DNA of 64,000 nucleotides from Octopus sinensis (Eukaryota): the NCBI RefSeq assembly GCF_006345805.1, contig NC_043007.1:21080001-21144000 (forward strand). The letters run 5' to 3'. Both the position numbers and the translations under genes were made by a program. The notes under the pieces were generated by a model. That model had not been told where the DNA came from and did no database searches. It worked only from the letters and a program-made list of their open reading frames with translations. The first letter of the stretch is position 1, and every line of letters starts with the position of its first letter. Shown one piece after another: positions 37,884 through 50,338 of the stretch.

Positions 37884-38191
37884 CCTCAGTTCAGTTCTGG
37901 TTGAGTAAAGCTATGATCCTAGGGTTCTACATGCAAAGTTGCTTTAAATATTATATGCTTTAATGCACTAAACCCCCACCCCCACCCCGTATGCACTGCT
38001 CAAATTGGTGTACTCTCTCTTTACTCTTTTACTTGTTTCAGCCATTTGACTGCGGCCATGCTGGAGCACCGCCTTTAGTCGAGCAAATCAACCCCCAGGA
38101 CTTATTCTATCGGTCTCTTTTGCCGAACCGCTAAGTGACGGGGACGTAAATACACCAGCATCGGTTGTCAAGCAATGCTAGGGGGACACAA

Positions 38192-38231
<40 letters not shown>

Positions 38232-39898
38232 GACAGGCTTCTTTCAGTTTCCGTCTACCAAATCCACTCACAAGGCATTGGTCGGCCCGGAGCTATAGCA
38301 GAAGACACTTGCCCAAGATGCCACGCAGTGGGACTGAACCCGGAACCATGTGGTTGGTTAGCAAGCTACTTATCACACAGCCACTCCTGTGCCTATGTTC
38401 AGGGTAGTCACTAATCATCATCATCATCATCGTTTAACGTCCGTTTTCCGTGCTAGCAACGGTTGGACGGTTCGACTGGGGACTGGGAAGCCAGGAGGCT
38501 GCACCAGGCTCCAGTCTAATCTGGCAGTGTTTCTACAGCTGGATGCCCTTCCTAAGGCCGAGCGTCGGCTGCGGGGGTCATTCCGAAAAGCTCTATCTGC
38601 GATGATTTCATCTCAATCGAAGGAGAGGGGCTTTCTCCGTCCGGGTTGTGGATCCGTGGAATAAGCTGCTGGACGAGATGGTGAAGATGCCGTCGACCGC
38701 TCGGTTCAAAGTCTCCCTTGACCACAAGTGGCCTGAACTCTTTACATGAACACCACCCTGTACATAACTCTATGTCCCCCTACATGGCCTTGCTTTTTCG
38801 CTTTTTGGGCCAAAAAATTAACTAACTAACTAACTCCGTGAGTGTAGTGAGTGCTTTTAAGTGCCACTGGCACAAGTGCCAGGGGAGGCTGGAAACGGCC
38901 ACGATCGGTTGGTGCTTTCTACATGCCACCATCACAGGTATCACAACTACAATTTCCATTTGATAATTTATTTTGATGTCGATGTACTTGACTCAGTAGC
39001 CTCAAAGTTTCAATGAAATTATTTTTTTTTTTTTTACTTGTTTCAGTCATTTGACTGTGGCCATGCTGGAGCACCACCTTTAGTCGATCAAATCAACCCC
39101 AGGACTTATTCTTTGTAAACCTAGTACTTATACTATCGGTCTCTTTTGCCGAACTGCTAAGGTACGGGGATGTAAACACACCAGCATCGGTTGTCAAGCG
39201 ATGGTGGGGTGCCAAACAGAAACACAAACATAGACACGCATACATATATATGACAGGCTTCTTCCAGTTTCCATCTACCAAATCCACTCACAAGGCTCTG
39301 GTTGGCCTGAGGCTATAGTAGGAGACACTTACTCAAGGTGCCATGCAATGGGACTGAACCCGGAACCATGTGGTTGGTAAGCAAGCTACTTACCACACAG
39401 CCACTCCTACGCCTATAGAATGACATTGTTGGGTAGGTGTGAGAGGCTAAATTTGGTCAGTTTTTGTATAAAACACATGGAAAATTAGGGCTAATTACGG
39501 CCAGTTTAAATGCTAAAGGGTTAAGTTAAGAGGAAGGACATGAATATATGGGGACAAATAATGAAGTCAGATCTAAAAATGATGGGCTGCACAGACGAGA
39601 TGAAAAAATTTTGGAATAAGTGTTAATGTGATACCTGGCTGACCCATCCAACCCATTATCAACAACAGAAAAACAAACTGCAAAATAGAGTGTTTAATTG
39701 ATGTAACTGATATTTTAAACACCAAAGAAACTTTAACTTGGAAATTGAGATGTTTTTCCATCACAATTCTTTTGTGATGTATTTTCAATAGAATACACAG
39801 ATCACAATAAACAGAAGGGTTAATAAATTCATTTTACATTAGTAATTAATTTACATTTTAATTTTGATAAATTTATAGAATCTATTTAAAGGTTCTTT

Positions 39899-42130
39899 TC
39901 AAAGTAAATTAATTTCTCTTTGTTTTAAAACAAATTTCTCAATAATATTTTGATACTTCTCAATCAAAGAGGGTTCCAGTTCATGACACCGTGAAAGGAC
40001 ATGTTTGGTTGTGTAGTCTAATGAAGATCTTGATGTAGAGGGGTTATTTTCAACTGAGTTTTTATCCTGTTCAAAATAACTAGATACAAGCCTCCGACAT
40101 TGATTATTAGACTGCTTTGCCATTATACAATTTCCATTGCTTGGCAAAGCGCACGAACTAGAATCAAAACTTCCTGGTTCAAAATCAACGTCGGCGACTT
40201 CTTTAGGTCTCTTAAAGAGTTTAGAGTAGTCTTTTGAATGTTGCCCAACAGACAATGGCAGTTTGCGTTTCTTTGAAGAAACACCTTTTTTTTTACCTGT
40301 GTTTTCTTCGACTACATCTGGTTCGTTTAAATAATATATTGTTGATGTATTACTGTTGGATGATGAACTGTCATCCTCTAAAGATTCAGCAACAAATTCT
40401 TCATCACCGGCGTTCTCAGTTTCTTTCCTTCTTTTGTCTAATTTGTTGCTTGGTGAGATTTCACTTAACTGTTCAATCATTGGTAATTGCTGTCTGCAGT
40501 TTGCAGTAGTTGTTGATATTTTTAAAGACTTTTCTGACCGTTCGCCATTATTTACATTTGTTCTGCAAATATTTTCGGTTACATTTCGATCAGAAAGTGG
40601 GACTGGGTCCTCATGTTGTTCAATATTATCAGAATTCTGTTGTGATTGATTTTCAAATAACGAAATTTTTTCAGCAAAATTTTCTTTTGAAGCATCAGGT
40701 ATTTCTGAATTCCTTCCAATGCCTTTTTTTTGCTTATTACTTTTAGTTGGAGTCTTCGTAATTGAAATTCCTGTTACTGTATCTTGTCTATCACAGTCAG
40801 AATTCTTGTTTACTATATTTAGGGAAGACGTTTGTAAAGCTTCTACAGTCTTACTATTAGAGTCAGTTTTAGAACTGTTTGGAGAATTCCCTGAGACTGA
40901 TGGAATATTTTTATGGTTTTCTTCATTTATTTTTGGTTCTAAGCGATCGCTTTTCTCTTCTGGTTTGGTTGGAGATGATTTTGTGGGAGATTCAAAAACA
41001 ACTCCTTTGGGAATATGACGTTTTAGGACATGTCTTTGGATTTTCTTTTTAGCAGCTGAGGACAGAATTTTTTTGGCATTATCTCCAATGGAGCTTTTAA
41101 GGAAAGTTGGCATGGTATACTTTTTGATGGGACTCGTGGAAAGGTATTGATTAAAACAACTCATATCTGCACGATGAGCTACTGAAATATTAAATGGTCC
41201 TTTTGTGTTAGCTTTAACAATTGGAATTATTTGCTTGGGACTAATTCTTTTAACAAATTCTACAAGCTCTGGATATGAGCTATGATCTGAATAAGGTATC
41301 ACATAAATATTATTTTGGTTGCAATATGGAGAGCCATCAAGCCCTTCATAAATTGCTGTTGGAAATATTGCAATTGTTTCTCTCGTTAATTTATCTAAAT
41401 ACTTCTCTGTTACTAAGTAAAAAGGAACAACCCGAATTCGGCATTCCTGTTCAGCAGTGTCAATTTGAAAAACATCAGGGGTTTCGATAAGTTCAAAATA
41501 TTCAAACATTTTCTGAGGTACGGCGATAAATTCCTGAAAATGCTTTGCGATTTCAATGAGTAGATTTGGTTTGCCTAAGCTTTTCATACCGAAAATGATA
41601 TCGTGTCCTGGATAATAACTGATCAATTCCGTAATCCAGTCTTTAGCTTGCCTACGAGATTGAAACGCACATTTTGGATCACAAAAAGTATTGTCGAGAT
41701 ATAAAGTATCAACACTACAACTAAGTGACGACAAATAAGAGTCGGTTATTACCTTAGGTTCATACCGAAAGTCACCGGTATAAAGCATACAACCAAAGTA
41801 ACCTTGAAACAAGAACATAACTGATCCGGGGCAATGGTTAGCATCAACTGCTACGACAGTAACCGTCTCAGTATACGTAGCGTCGACAGGGATTAAAACC
41901 GGAGTGTTTAGCTCCAAAGGTCGGATTAATTCTCGAGCGACATTAAATTTTTTACAAATGAGGTCTCCTGTTACTTTGGAGCAGTAGATTGGCTGATTCC
42001 AAGAAGATGTGAGGCCGACTGTATGGTCACTGTGGAAATGTGTCAGGAAAAATAGTTTAGCATCAGGACATTTACGAATCTGCCAGAAATCCACTGCAAT
42101 AGGAGTGCCTTTGATAATGTGTCCGTTCAT
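39899..42130 (-). CDS. DCLRE1B: 5' exonuclease Apollo / SNM1B (metallo-beta-lactamase + beta-CASP), uninterrupted CDS, about 743 aa
   Basis: MNGHIIKGTPIAVDFW, THFHSDH, ANHCPGSVMFLF, LYTGDFR, LYLDNT and PYSDHSSY motifs. True ATG is at 42130; the track's start at 42151 is a TTG inside a pyrimidine tract/acceptor. Confidence 0.95.
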   Translation of the reverse strand: MNGHIIKGTPIAVDFWQIRKCPDAKLFFLTHFHSDHTVGLTSSWNQPIYCSKVTGDLICKKFNVARELIRPLELNTPVLIPVDATYTETVTVVAVDANHCPGSVMFLFQGYFGCMLYTGDFRYEPKVITDSYLSSLSCSVDTLYLDNTFCDPKCAFQSRRQAKDWITELISYYPGHDIIFGMKSLGKPNLLIEIAKHFQEFIAVPQKMFEYFELIETPDVFQIDTAEQECRIRVVPFYLVTEKYLDKLTRETIAIFPTAIYEGLDGSPYCNQNNIYVIPYSDHSSYPELVEFVKRISPKQIIPIVKANTKGPFNISVAHRADMSCFNQYLSTSPIKKYTMPTFLKSSIGDNAKKILSSAAKKKIQRHVLKRHIPKGVVFESPTKSSPTKPEEKSDRLEPKINEENHKNIPSVSGNSPNSSKTDSNSKTVEALQTSSLNIVNKNSDCDRQDTVTGISITKTPTKSNKQKKGIGRNSEIPDASKENFAEKISLFENQSQQNSDNIEQHEDPVPLSDRNVTENICRTNVNNGERSEKSLKISTTTANCRQQLPMIEQLSEISPSNKLDKRRKETENAGDEEFVAESLEDDSSSSNSNTSTIYYLNEPDVVEENTGKKKGVSSKKRKLPLSVGQHSKDYSKLFKRPKEVADVDFEPGSFDSSSCALPSNGNCIMAKQSNNQCRRLVSSYFEQDKNSVENNPSTSRSSLDYTTKHVLSRCHELEPSLIEKYQNIIEKFVLKQREINLL

Positions 42131-42237
42131 TGTGGTTTCCTTGGGAACCAAAAAGAAAAAAAAAGAAAAAAAAATGAAATTAGAAGAAAATAATGAATGA
42201 AGAAATACATAAGCAAATAAATAGGAGTAAATTATTT

Positions 42238-42659
42238 GGATCTTTTCGGTTTGAACGGCAGTTTTTTTCTAGCGGTGTCATATGAAATTGTCACCCATAA
42301 TTATGACCCTAGTATCGATCTATTGCATTTCAATCTGTTTTAGGGTTAGGGTTAGGAGTGGCGGGAAGGGTATCTTTTTTTTCTTTAGAAATGTAAATAA
42401 ACCCAATCTGTTTCTTAAACGAGGGACATATTCATACGGCACAGAATGTTTTCACCTCAATAGACGTCATTGATTGGTTGAAATTGCAGAAATTGAAGAA
42501 AAAAAAACAAACAAATATCTTACAACTATAGAATTTTCTCAATAAAGTCAAGAGAAAAAGATGTTTTATAAACACATTCTACCAGTATACGAAGTTTAAA
42601 AGTGTTTAGTTGCGTGGAAAGTATTTAAAAAAAAACTGCCGTTCAAACCGAAAAGATCC
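42238..42659. mobile_element. MITE family with TIR GGATCTTTTCGGTTTGAACGGCAG (other copies 49163-49570 and truncated 51819-52139)
   Basis: TIRs at both ends; three highly similar copies; internal TTAGGG tract. Confidence 0.85.
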
Positions 42660-43596
42660 AAATATTCTATAAATACGATCTCGGCGGAATTTGATCTCAT
42701 AACGAAATACTTATAAGCATTTATACTCGTATAAATACGAGTAAATGACAATTATATTGGAATTTAATATGAAAAAGACAACAAGTGGGCCCAGTAAATG
42801 ACATACATTGACTTTGTTTTAACAAAAATATCCCCCCCCCCCAGAAAGTTATGAGGAACCGAAGTTGTGTGAATTATCCAAAATTTCTCTCCCCGTCTCC
42901 GAAAACGTTTCCACAAATAGCAATATATATTTCTTTACTGCCCACAAGGGGCGAAACATAGAGGGGACAAATAAGGACAGACGAAGGGATTGAGTCGATT
43001 ATATCGCCCCCCCCCCGTGCGAAACTGGTACTTTATTTATCGACCCCGAAAGGATGAAAGGCAAAATTGACCTCGGCGGAAATATAATCGTGACCTACAC
43101 CACATGAAAAGGCATTTTTCAAAGAGTTATGAAAAATAAGGAAATCAACGGAGGATGGAGGAAGATGAAGGGGAACACATCTGTCTTTAGGCCAAAAATT
43201 GTAAAAGCCTGTGTTTATATCATCAATTCTTTGACAAATTCCTGGTTTGCACGCGACAATCTCTTGTGCCAAAGTTTAGCTTTAATCCATTAATATTGTA
43301 TTTTATTTAGCAACAGTTAAGCTTTTATTTATTCCGTTCGCTTCCTCGGAATAACCAAATCTATTTTCGTATTTTCACGAAATTGTCAAACTTGCAAAAT
43401 ATATACCCAAAAGCCAAATATCGCCAATTATTATTATTATTCTTTTTTATCATTTGCTCTCAACTTGACAAAGTCGAGTGGAACTGTTAGAAAGGAATTT
43501 TATATAATATATGGTAAACAGAATTATAAGCCTTATTCTATTTACAAAATTCCAATCGCAACCGTTTCCTAATTCAAGCAGAATTCGCACATCCAA

Positions 43597-44275
43597 ATGA
43601 AACCCTCCTGTCACGACCTGGGACCTTGAAGACTGCTAAAATGCAAGAAAGTACACAGGTCCCTTAATGTTTGATATTCAATAAGACAATCAATACTTCA
43701 TTTCATTTTACTATATATATATTATTTATACTAAATATATTCTAGATTCTACATTAATATTATAAAAAATATAAATACAACATAAAAAACAGACAGAGTT
43801 GGAATTCCTTTGAATAATATATATATACTGATAGGGCACAGAAAGTGTGTCAATAGCCAGGTGGAGGAGGTGTCCTCCTAGGGCTACAAGTTACAATAGC
43901 ATCCACCCTTAAAGGTTAGCCACATTTAAGTGGCAAATATACCTCACGATGTCATGTTTGTTTATACCTCGCTCAGAGATTTATTTTTATATATATATAT
44001 ATATATATGCACACATACATACATACATATTTTAAAGGCAGTTGAAACCCTCCTGTCACAACCTGGGACCTTGAAGACTGCTATAATGCAAGAAAGCATA
44101 CTAGCCCCTTAATATTTTATATTCAATATTTCATCTATTCAATAAGACTATCAATACTTCATTTCATTTCACACTATATATACTATTTATACTATATATT
44201 CTACATTAATATTATAAAGAATATAAATAAAACATAGAAAACAGACAGAGTTGGAATTCCTTTGAATAACATATA
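43597..44275. repeat. ~230-bp direct repeats separated by ~215 bp
   Basis: TGAAACCCTCCTGTCAC...GAGTTGGAATTCCTTTGAATAA at 43597 and 44044. Confidence 0.85.
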
Positions 44276-44349
44276 TCCCTCTATACACAATCATACAAAC
44301 CCCTTTATATATATATATATATATGGTCATCCTTCGTTTTAAGATCGCC

Positions 44350-44383
<34 letters not shown>

Positions 44384-45689
44384 ATATATATATTTATGTA
44401 TATATGTATATATATATATATATTTATGTATATATATATGTATGTATATATATATACGTGTATATATATATATGCATACATATATATATATGCATACATA
44501 TATATATGCATACATACATACATATATATATACACACATATATATATATATATATGCATACATATATACATACATACACACATTGAGAAAAGGTGTGTCT
44601 TGTCTCAACAGTATTGACTTAATATCTCATATTTTGACTCAAATATTTTCATAGCTTACAAGTAAAAAAACTCTAACTACATTAACTAAAGTAAAGTATT
44701 ATATTCCGTAAAATCCTTGATAAAACAATAATTTAACTGACACTAGAGATAACAGGAAGACAGAAGCTTATTTATGTGTGTGCAAAACTGGTTGTTTACC
44801 TTTCAAATAAGTTTGCTATCGACGTTCAGTCTCCATCCCCAAATATTGGGAATAAACAAAAACACGGGTTTCGGACATTTGGCGCCGTTTAAATAAGTCA
44901 TTCGCAGTGCTCTCCCCCTTATCGTAACTCTCCGGTCACTTATTTTGTTAACTTCTGGACTTCTTTAAAATATCAGCTTTCAACCTTCTGGCAGAAACGT
45001 TAGCACGCCGGACGAAATGCGTAGCCGTATTTCGTCTGCCGTTACGTTCTGAGTTCAAATTCCGCCGAGGTCGACTTTGCCTTTCATCCTTTCGGGGTCA
45101 ATTAAATAAGTACCAGTTACGCACTGGGGTCGATGTAATCGACTTAATACCTATGTCTGTCCTTGTTTATCCTCTCTGTGTTTAGCCCCTTGTAGGCAGT
45201 AAAGAAATATATATACTATGGCCAACTTTTTCGGCAGAATACGAATCTGCAAAAAAATTGGCAAAAATCGGCATTTTGAAATTACCTCTCCCCCCTCCCT
45301 AAATTCTTCATTTTTAACTTTTTGCAGAATTTTTTTTGTTTTCAAAATATGATTTTGAAAAAAAAATTTCCAAAAATGTTTCTACTTATGGATAAGGTTA
45401 GGGTTTTAGGGTTAGGGTTGGGATTTTAGGGTTAGGGTTACGGAAAAGAGTGAAAAATGAAGAATTTGGGGGGAGGGAGTAGGGGGTGGAATTTCAAAAT
45501 TCCGATTTTTGGCAATTTTCCAGAATCTCCGTATCCGAAAAGGTGAGTTTTTTGGGAAAAAAATTTTTTTTTTTAATTTGCCAGGGGGGGGGGGGTGAAA
45601 TGAAGTCTTTCCATGGCTATATGTGTGTGTGTGTGCATATAGCTTTGTGCGCTGTGTCTGGCTATATGCACTATTCCACAACACTCCAC

Positions 45690-47340
45690 CTGCATCTAAC
45701 GAAGAGGACTGCTTCACTGACCTGGGCTGCCGACCATCCCACTGGACGCCAGTTCCAAGCGGCCAATCATTTTGCAGCCATCTGTCAACATGTTGTGGAC
45801 CGGTTTTACTTTCACAGGTGACCCCAACCTCTGAACATCTCCCCAGCCGAACTCTCGGCTCTTCGATGTCTCTGACGCCACAAAGACATTATCATAAAAC
45901 CAGCCGACAAGGGTGGAGCCGTGGTAGTGTGGCGCGCAGACCTCTACAAGGCTGAAGCTCTCCGCCAACTTTGAAACTCCTCCTTCTACAGCCCTCTGTC
46001 CTCCAACCCCACGCCTAGCTACAAATAGACGGTGTCCTCTGCTATCCATGACCTCATCTCTTCCTCCCGTCTCTCTCTCTCTCTCACCACCTCCAACTCC
46101 ATTGTCTGCACTCCTTGCACCTCCACCATTTACTCCCACAAACCCAACAACCCTGGCTGCTTCATTGTCTCCGCCTGTAACTGCCCCATGGATCTGATCT
46201 CTAAATACCTCAACCGTGTCCTTGCTACCCTAGTGGCTTCCATCCCTTCACACATCCACGACACTAACCATGTTCTTCGTCTTTTTAACTCTTTCTCCTT
46301 CCCTTGTGGGCCCTCTAAACTTCTCTTCAATTTTGATACAGTGATCCCACACCACGAAGGATTTCTTACCCGCAAACACTTCCTAGACCTTCAACCCAAC
46401 CCCCAATCTGACACGTCCACACTTCTTCTCCCGGCTGAACTTGTTCTCTCCCTAAACTGCTTCTCGCTTGCAAGGGAGTTTTATCAACAGATCTCAGGAG
46501 TGGCCATGGAAACGAGAATGGACCCCAACTATGCAAACCTGTTCGTTGGCTATGTTGAGTCCCAAATATTTTCAAGATTCGCTGGTCCCGTTATATTGAT
46601 GACTGTATCGGTGCGACCTCGCTCTCCCGCAAACAACTAGACTCCTTCCTCTCTTTTGTCCAATCCTTCCATCCTGCCCTCGAATTCTCCTGCACCATTT
46701 CCAACACTTCCATTGCCTTTCCCGACATTTCGGTCAACATACACAACTCCGCTCTCACTACCTCCATCCACTACAAACACACCGACTCACACTCATACCT
46801 CAACTTCTCCTCCTCCCAACCTACCTACACCAAGCTCTCCATCCCCTATTCCCAGTTCCTCCATCTGCACAGGCTCTGCAGTGACAACCATGACTTTGAG
46901 ACTCAGTTTCAACTCATGGCTTGGTACTTCATCCTTTGTGGATATCCCCTCACCACTATCCACACCATCCTTGCCAGAGCACATTCCGTGGACCGTGCCT
47001 CTACTTTCTCTCCCCACCCCACCCCCGCTGTTACTCGTCTCCTGTTTCCTCTCACCTACTACCCTTCCACCCTGCCCGTATACGGCACAGAATGTTCTCT
47101 AAGCCTTCTGATGACTCCAGTCTGATCCCTTCACTTCGCACATCTCCCCTAAGCTACCCCTCCCTTCCTTCAAACGAGCCCACAACCTACATGACCGCCT
47201 GGTCCACAGTTTCTTCCCTAATTCCACCTACCAACCTGGATCGTTCCCCTGCTCCTGCCCAAGCGGCCGCACTTGCCCCTACCTCTCCAGCACCACCATC
47301 CTCACAGTGGTTCCCAAACTTTTACGGGCTGCCACCCCCT
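45690..47340 (+). mobile_element. Penelope-like retroelement RT relic with multiple frameshifts
   Basis: GVAMETRMDPNYANLFVGYVE, FKRAHNLHDRLVHS and PGSFPC motifs in different frames. Confidence 0.8.
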
Positions 47341-48485
47341 TGACACCCAGTCTACATTCCTAGTGCCCCCACCCCAACTAACCATCACAAACATAAACCT
47401 AATAATATCTGTGTGTGTGTGTGTCTGTGTTTGTCGCCCAATCCCCGCTTGACAACCTGTGTTGGTGTGTTTATGTCCCTGTAACTTAACGATTCGGCAA
47501 AAAGAAAGTGTTAGAATAAATACCAGGTTTTTAAAAGAAACAAGTACTGGGGTCGATTCATTTGTCTCAGACCCCTTGAAAGTGCTCCAGCATGGCCACA
47601 GTCAAATGACCGAAACTAGTAAAAGAATAAAAGAATACATATATCAGGAGGTATGAGAAATGAATAGAGATTTATGTAACCGTGTGACATCCATAGGCTT
47701 ACAGCCGTTTCGGAGCCTTTTTTCCTGTAGTATTAATTTCAGTATCCGCAGTTGAACTGTTAATACAACCGTGATGTTTTAATGGTCTGATGATCTAGCT
47801 TTCTTTATTTGCATTAATTTATGAATATACAATTGTATTGTATAATGCACGAAGAATGTTTGAAACAGCTGTAACCTTATAAAAGCTACATGGTTAAATG
47901 GATCTATTTCACCTCCTGACTTTATGTGTTTTATATGCTCCTTACAGTATAATTTTATCATTCGGATTTTCTGGGTTTTGAGTTACATAGATACTTCATA
48001 TTATATTACTCTACTTCGTCTGTCTTTACATTATGAGTTCAAATTCCGCTGAGGTTGACTTTGCCTTCCATCCATTCGGGGTTGATAAATTAAGTTCCAG
48101 TAGCGTACTGGGGTCGATCTAATTGACTGGCCCTCTCCCCCAAAATTTCGGGCCTTGTGCCTAGAGTAGAAAAGATTTTATTACCCTATTTTTTTGAAGG
48201 CAGTGAGCTGGCAAAATTGTTAGTATGCTGGGTAAAATGTTTAGTGGCATTTTGTCCGTCTTAAAGACGTTCTGAGTTCAAATACCGCCGAGGTCGACTT
48301 TGTCTTTCATCCTTCAGTACAGGGATCGATGTAATCGACCAGTCACCTCCCTCAAATTTTCAGGTCTTGTGCCTATAGTAGAAAGGATTATATCACTCTA
48401 TTTTGGACTGATACCCGATCCCGTACGGGAACCTCACTGTGATAGCCTCAAGATTCTCTGAATACATATCTTATACTACTTATAT

Positions 48486-48953
48486 ATAATGATAAATCTC
48501 AGAGCGAGTTATAAACAGTAGCAGCAACACATCGTGTCGTATATTTGCCATTTGAATATGGCTAACCCCTAAGGGTGGATGCTACTGTAGTTTGTAGCCC
48601 CAGGAGGACACCTCCTCCAGCTGGCTATAGACACACTTTCTGTGCCCTATCAGTATTTGCGAAGGGAAGCCATCCTTCCCGTCTTCAACTTATGATACAC
48701 ACGGACTCGAGTTTCAGGGTATTGACCCGTCATCGGCGTGTGACAATCATAGTTGTCGATTAGAAGTCGGTTCCCCTCACAAATACATATACTTTTTCCA
48801 GTATCGATTGACACTGATATTGAAAAAATGAAATCAAACAATGATAAATCTCAGAGCGAGTTATAAACAGTAGCAGCAACACATTGTGACGTATATTTGC
48901 CATTTGAATATGGCTAACCCCTAAGGGTGGATGCTACTGTAGTTTGTAGCCCC
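48486..48953 (-). mobile_element. Penelope-type terminal-repeat fragment (about 110-bp direct repeats around a hammerhead motif); related fragment at 43830-43955
   Basis: Repeats at 48486-48594 and 48840-48953. Confidence 0.6.
48698..48742 (-). ncRNA. Minimal type I hammerhead ribozyme motif (Penelope-associated)
   Basis: CACACG-CCGAUGA-C-GGGU(CAAU)ACCC-U-GAAAC-UCGA-GUC-CGUGUG: 6-bp stem I, palindromic stem III, GUC cleavage triplet; U4->C in the core. Confidence 0.65.
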
Positions 48954-49162
48954 ATATATATATGATGCAAACAGGAAAAATAGAGTATATGTATATTTTT
49001 ATTAATATTTAGCAGAAGTGCAAAAGTGACACATGGTCCGAGAGTTTCGTGTATTGTCACTAATATATGTTTCTGAAGTTTAGCAAAATGTGAGGAAAGC
49101 TGAGCTACTATAGAAGTTCCTTATATTACTGCTCTGATAGAACTATTTCTCAAACCTAACTG

Positions 49163-49570
49163 GGATCTTTTCGGTTTGAACGGCAGTTTTTTCTAGTGGT
49201 GTCATATGAAATTGTCACCCATAATTATGACCCTAGTATTGCATTTCAATCTGTTTTAGGGTTAGGGTTAGGGGTGGGGGAAGGGTATCTGTTTTTCTTC
49301 ACAAATGTAAATAAACCCAATCTGTTTCTTAAACGAGGGAAATATTCATACGGCACAGAATGTTTTCACCTCAATAGACGTCATTGATTGGTTGAAATTG
49401 CAGAAATTGAAGAAAAAAAACAACGAATATCTTACAAATTATAGAATTTTCTCAAAAAAGCCAAGAGAAAGAGATGTTTTATAAACACATTCTACCAGTA
49501 TACAAAGTTTAAAAGTGTTTAGTTACGTGGAAAGTATTTTAAAAAACTGCCGGTCAAACCGAAAAGATCC
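49163..49570. mobile_element. Second copy of the GGATCTTTTCGG MITE
   Basis: Collinear with 42238-42659. Confidence 0.85.
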
Positions 49571-50137
49571 CAACTATCTTGTTAAATAACAGTTGTACCT
49601 ACACACACACACACACACACACATACACACACACACACACACGCATACGCACACGCACATACATTGATACAGAGGGAAAAATTTGCGAAAGCGGGACGGG
49701 AGAACGTAGTAAGCAAAATGAATTAAAAAAAAAAACGTCATTGGGTTTATGGTCTTTTTTTAAACATGAATTTCGAAAGATCAAATTCACTCTGACAGAC
49801 ATATTCATTAAGTAAACTCTAAATACTATTTTATGTTTAATAAATCCCTGTTTGATACAGGCTGTGTTACCTAAAGGTGATTGAGGTAACATTTTCCAAA
49901 TAAATGTAGATATGTTGCGCAAGTGCTTATATATATATTATATTATATGCACTTAGGCTTTGAGCTCTGTTCGCGGAATGTACGTTTGTATAGTAAATAG
50001 TCATATTTGAGCCCTATATAGAAATGGAAAGAAGCCGAATTTAAAAGTGATAATGAAGAAATCTTCAAATAATTCATTCAGATTTATGATGTCGTTTGTT
50101 GATGGAAGTTTAGTAAAAAGTGAACACAGATTTCGGG

Positions 50138-50338
50138 ATGGACAGCACACTTTCTTACTTCGCTCAGTATCTGTGCAACTTGGAGAAATTTGATGAATTC
50201 AAAAATTGGATTGATAACTTGACCAAGTCTAGGCCGTTATTATTTGAAGAGTTAAAAGAGGACGAAGATTTCGTATTTTCTATTGTTAGTTTACGAATTC
50301 ACGAAGAGAAATTCTACGAAGCTTTTGAACTAATTGAG
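50138..50338 (+). CDS. ANHX-like exon 1, N-terminal half of the SIX domain
   Basis: First in-frame ATG after the stop at 50114; GTAAGT donor; HxxxFxExxxxxE as in SIX1 FHRGNFRELYKILE. Confidence 0.8.

Noticed and set aside
40234-41490. Plus-strand ORFs overlapping Apollo
   Set aside because: Antisense shadows of a long CDS
42135-42148. X-box-like GTTTCCTTGGGAAC just before the Apollo ATG
   Set aside because: Imperfect, and coincides with the splice acceptor of a non-ciliary gene
43033-43272. Possible N-terminal coding exon of Apollo (in frame with the acceptor at 42139)
   Set aside because: Starts at TTG, no in-frame ATG, and MNG.. at 42130 matches the conserved N-terminus
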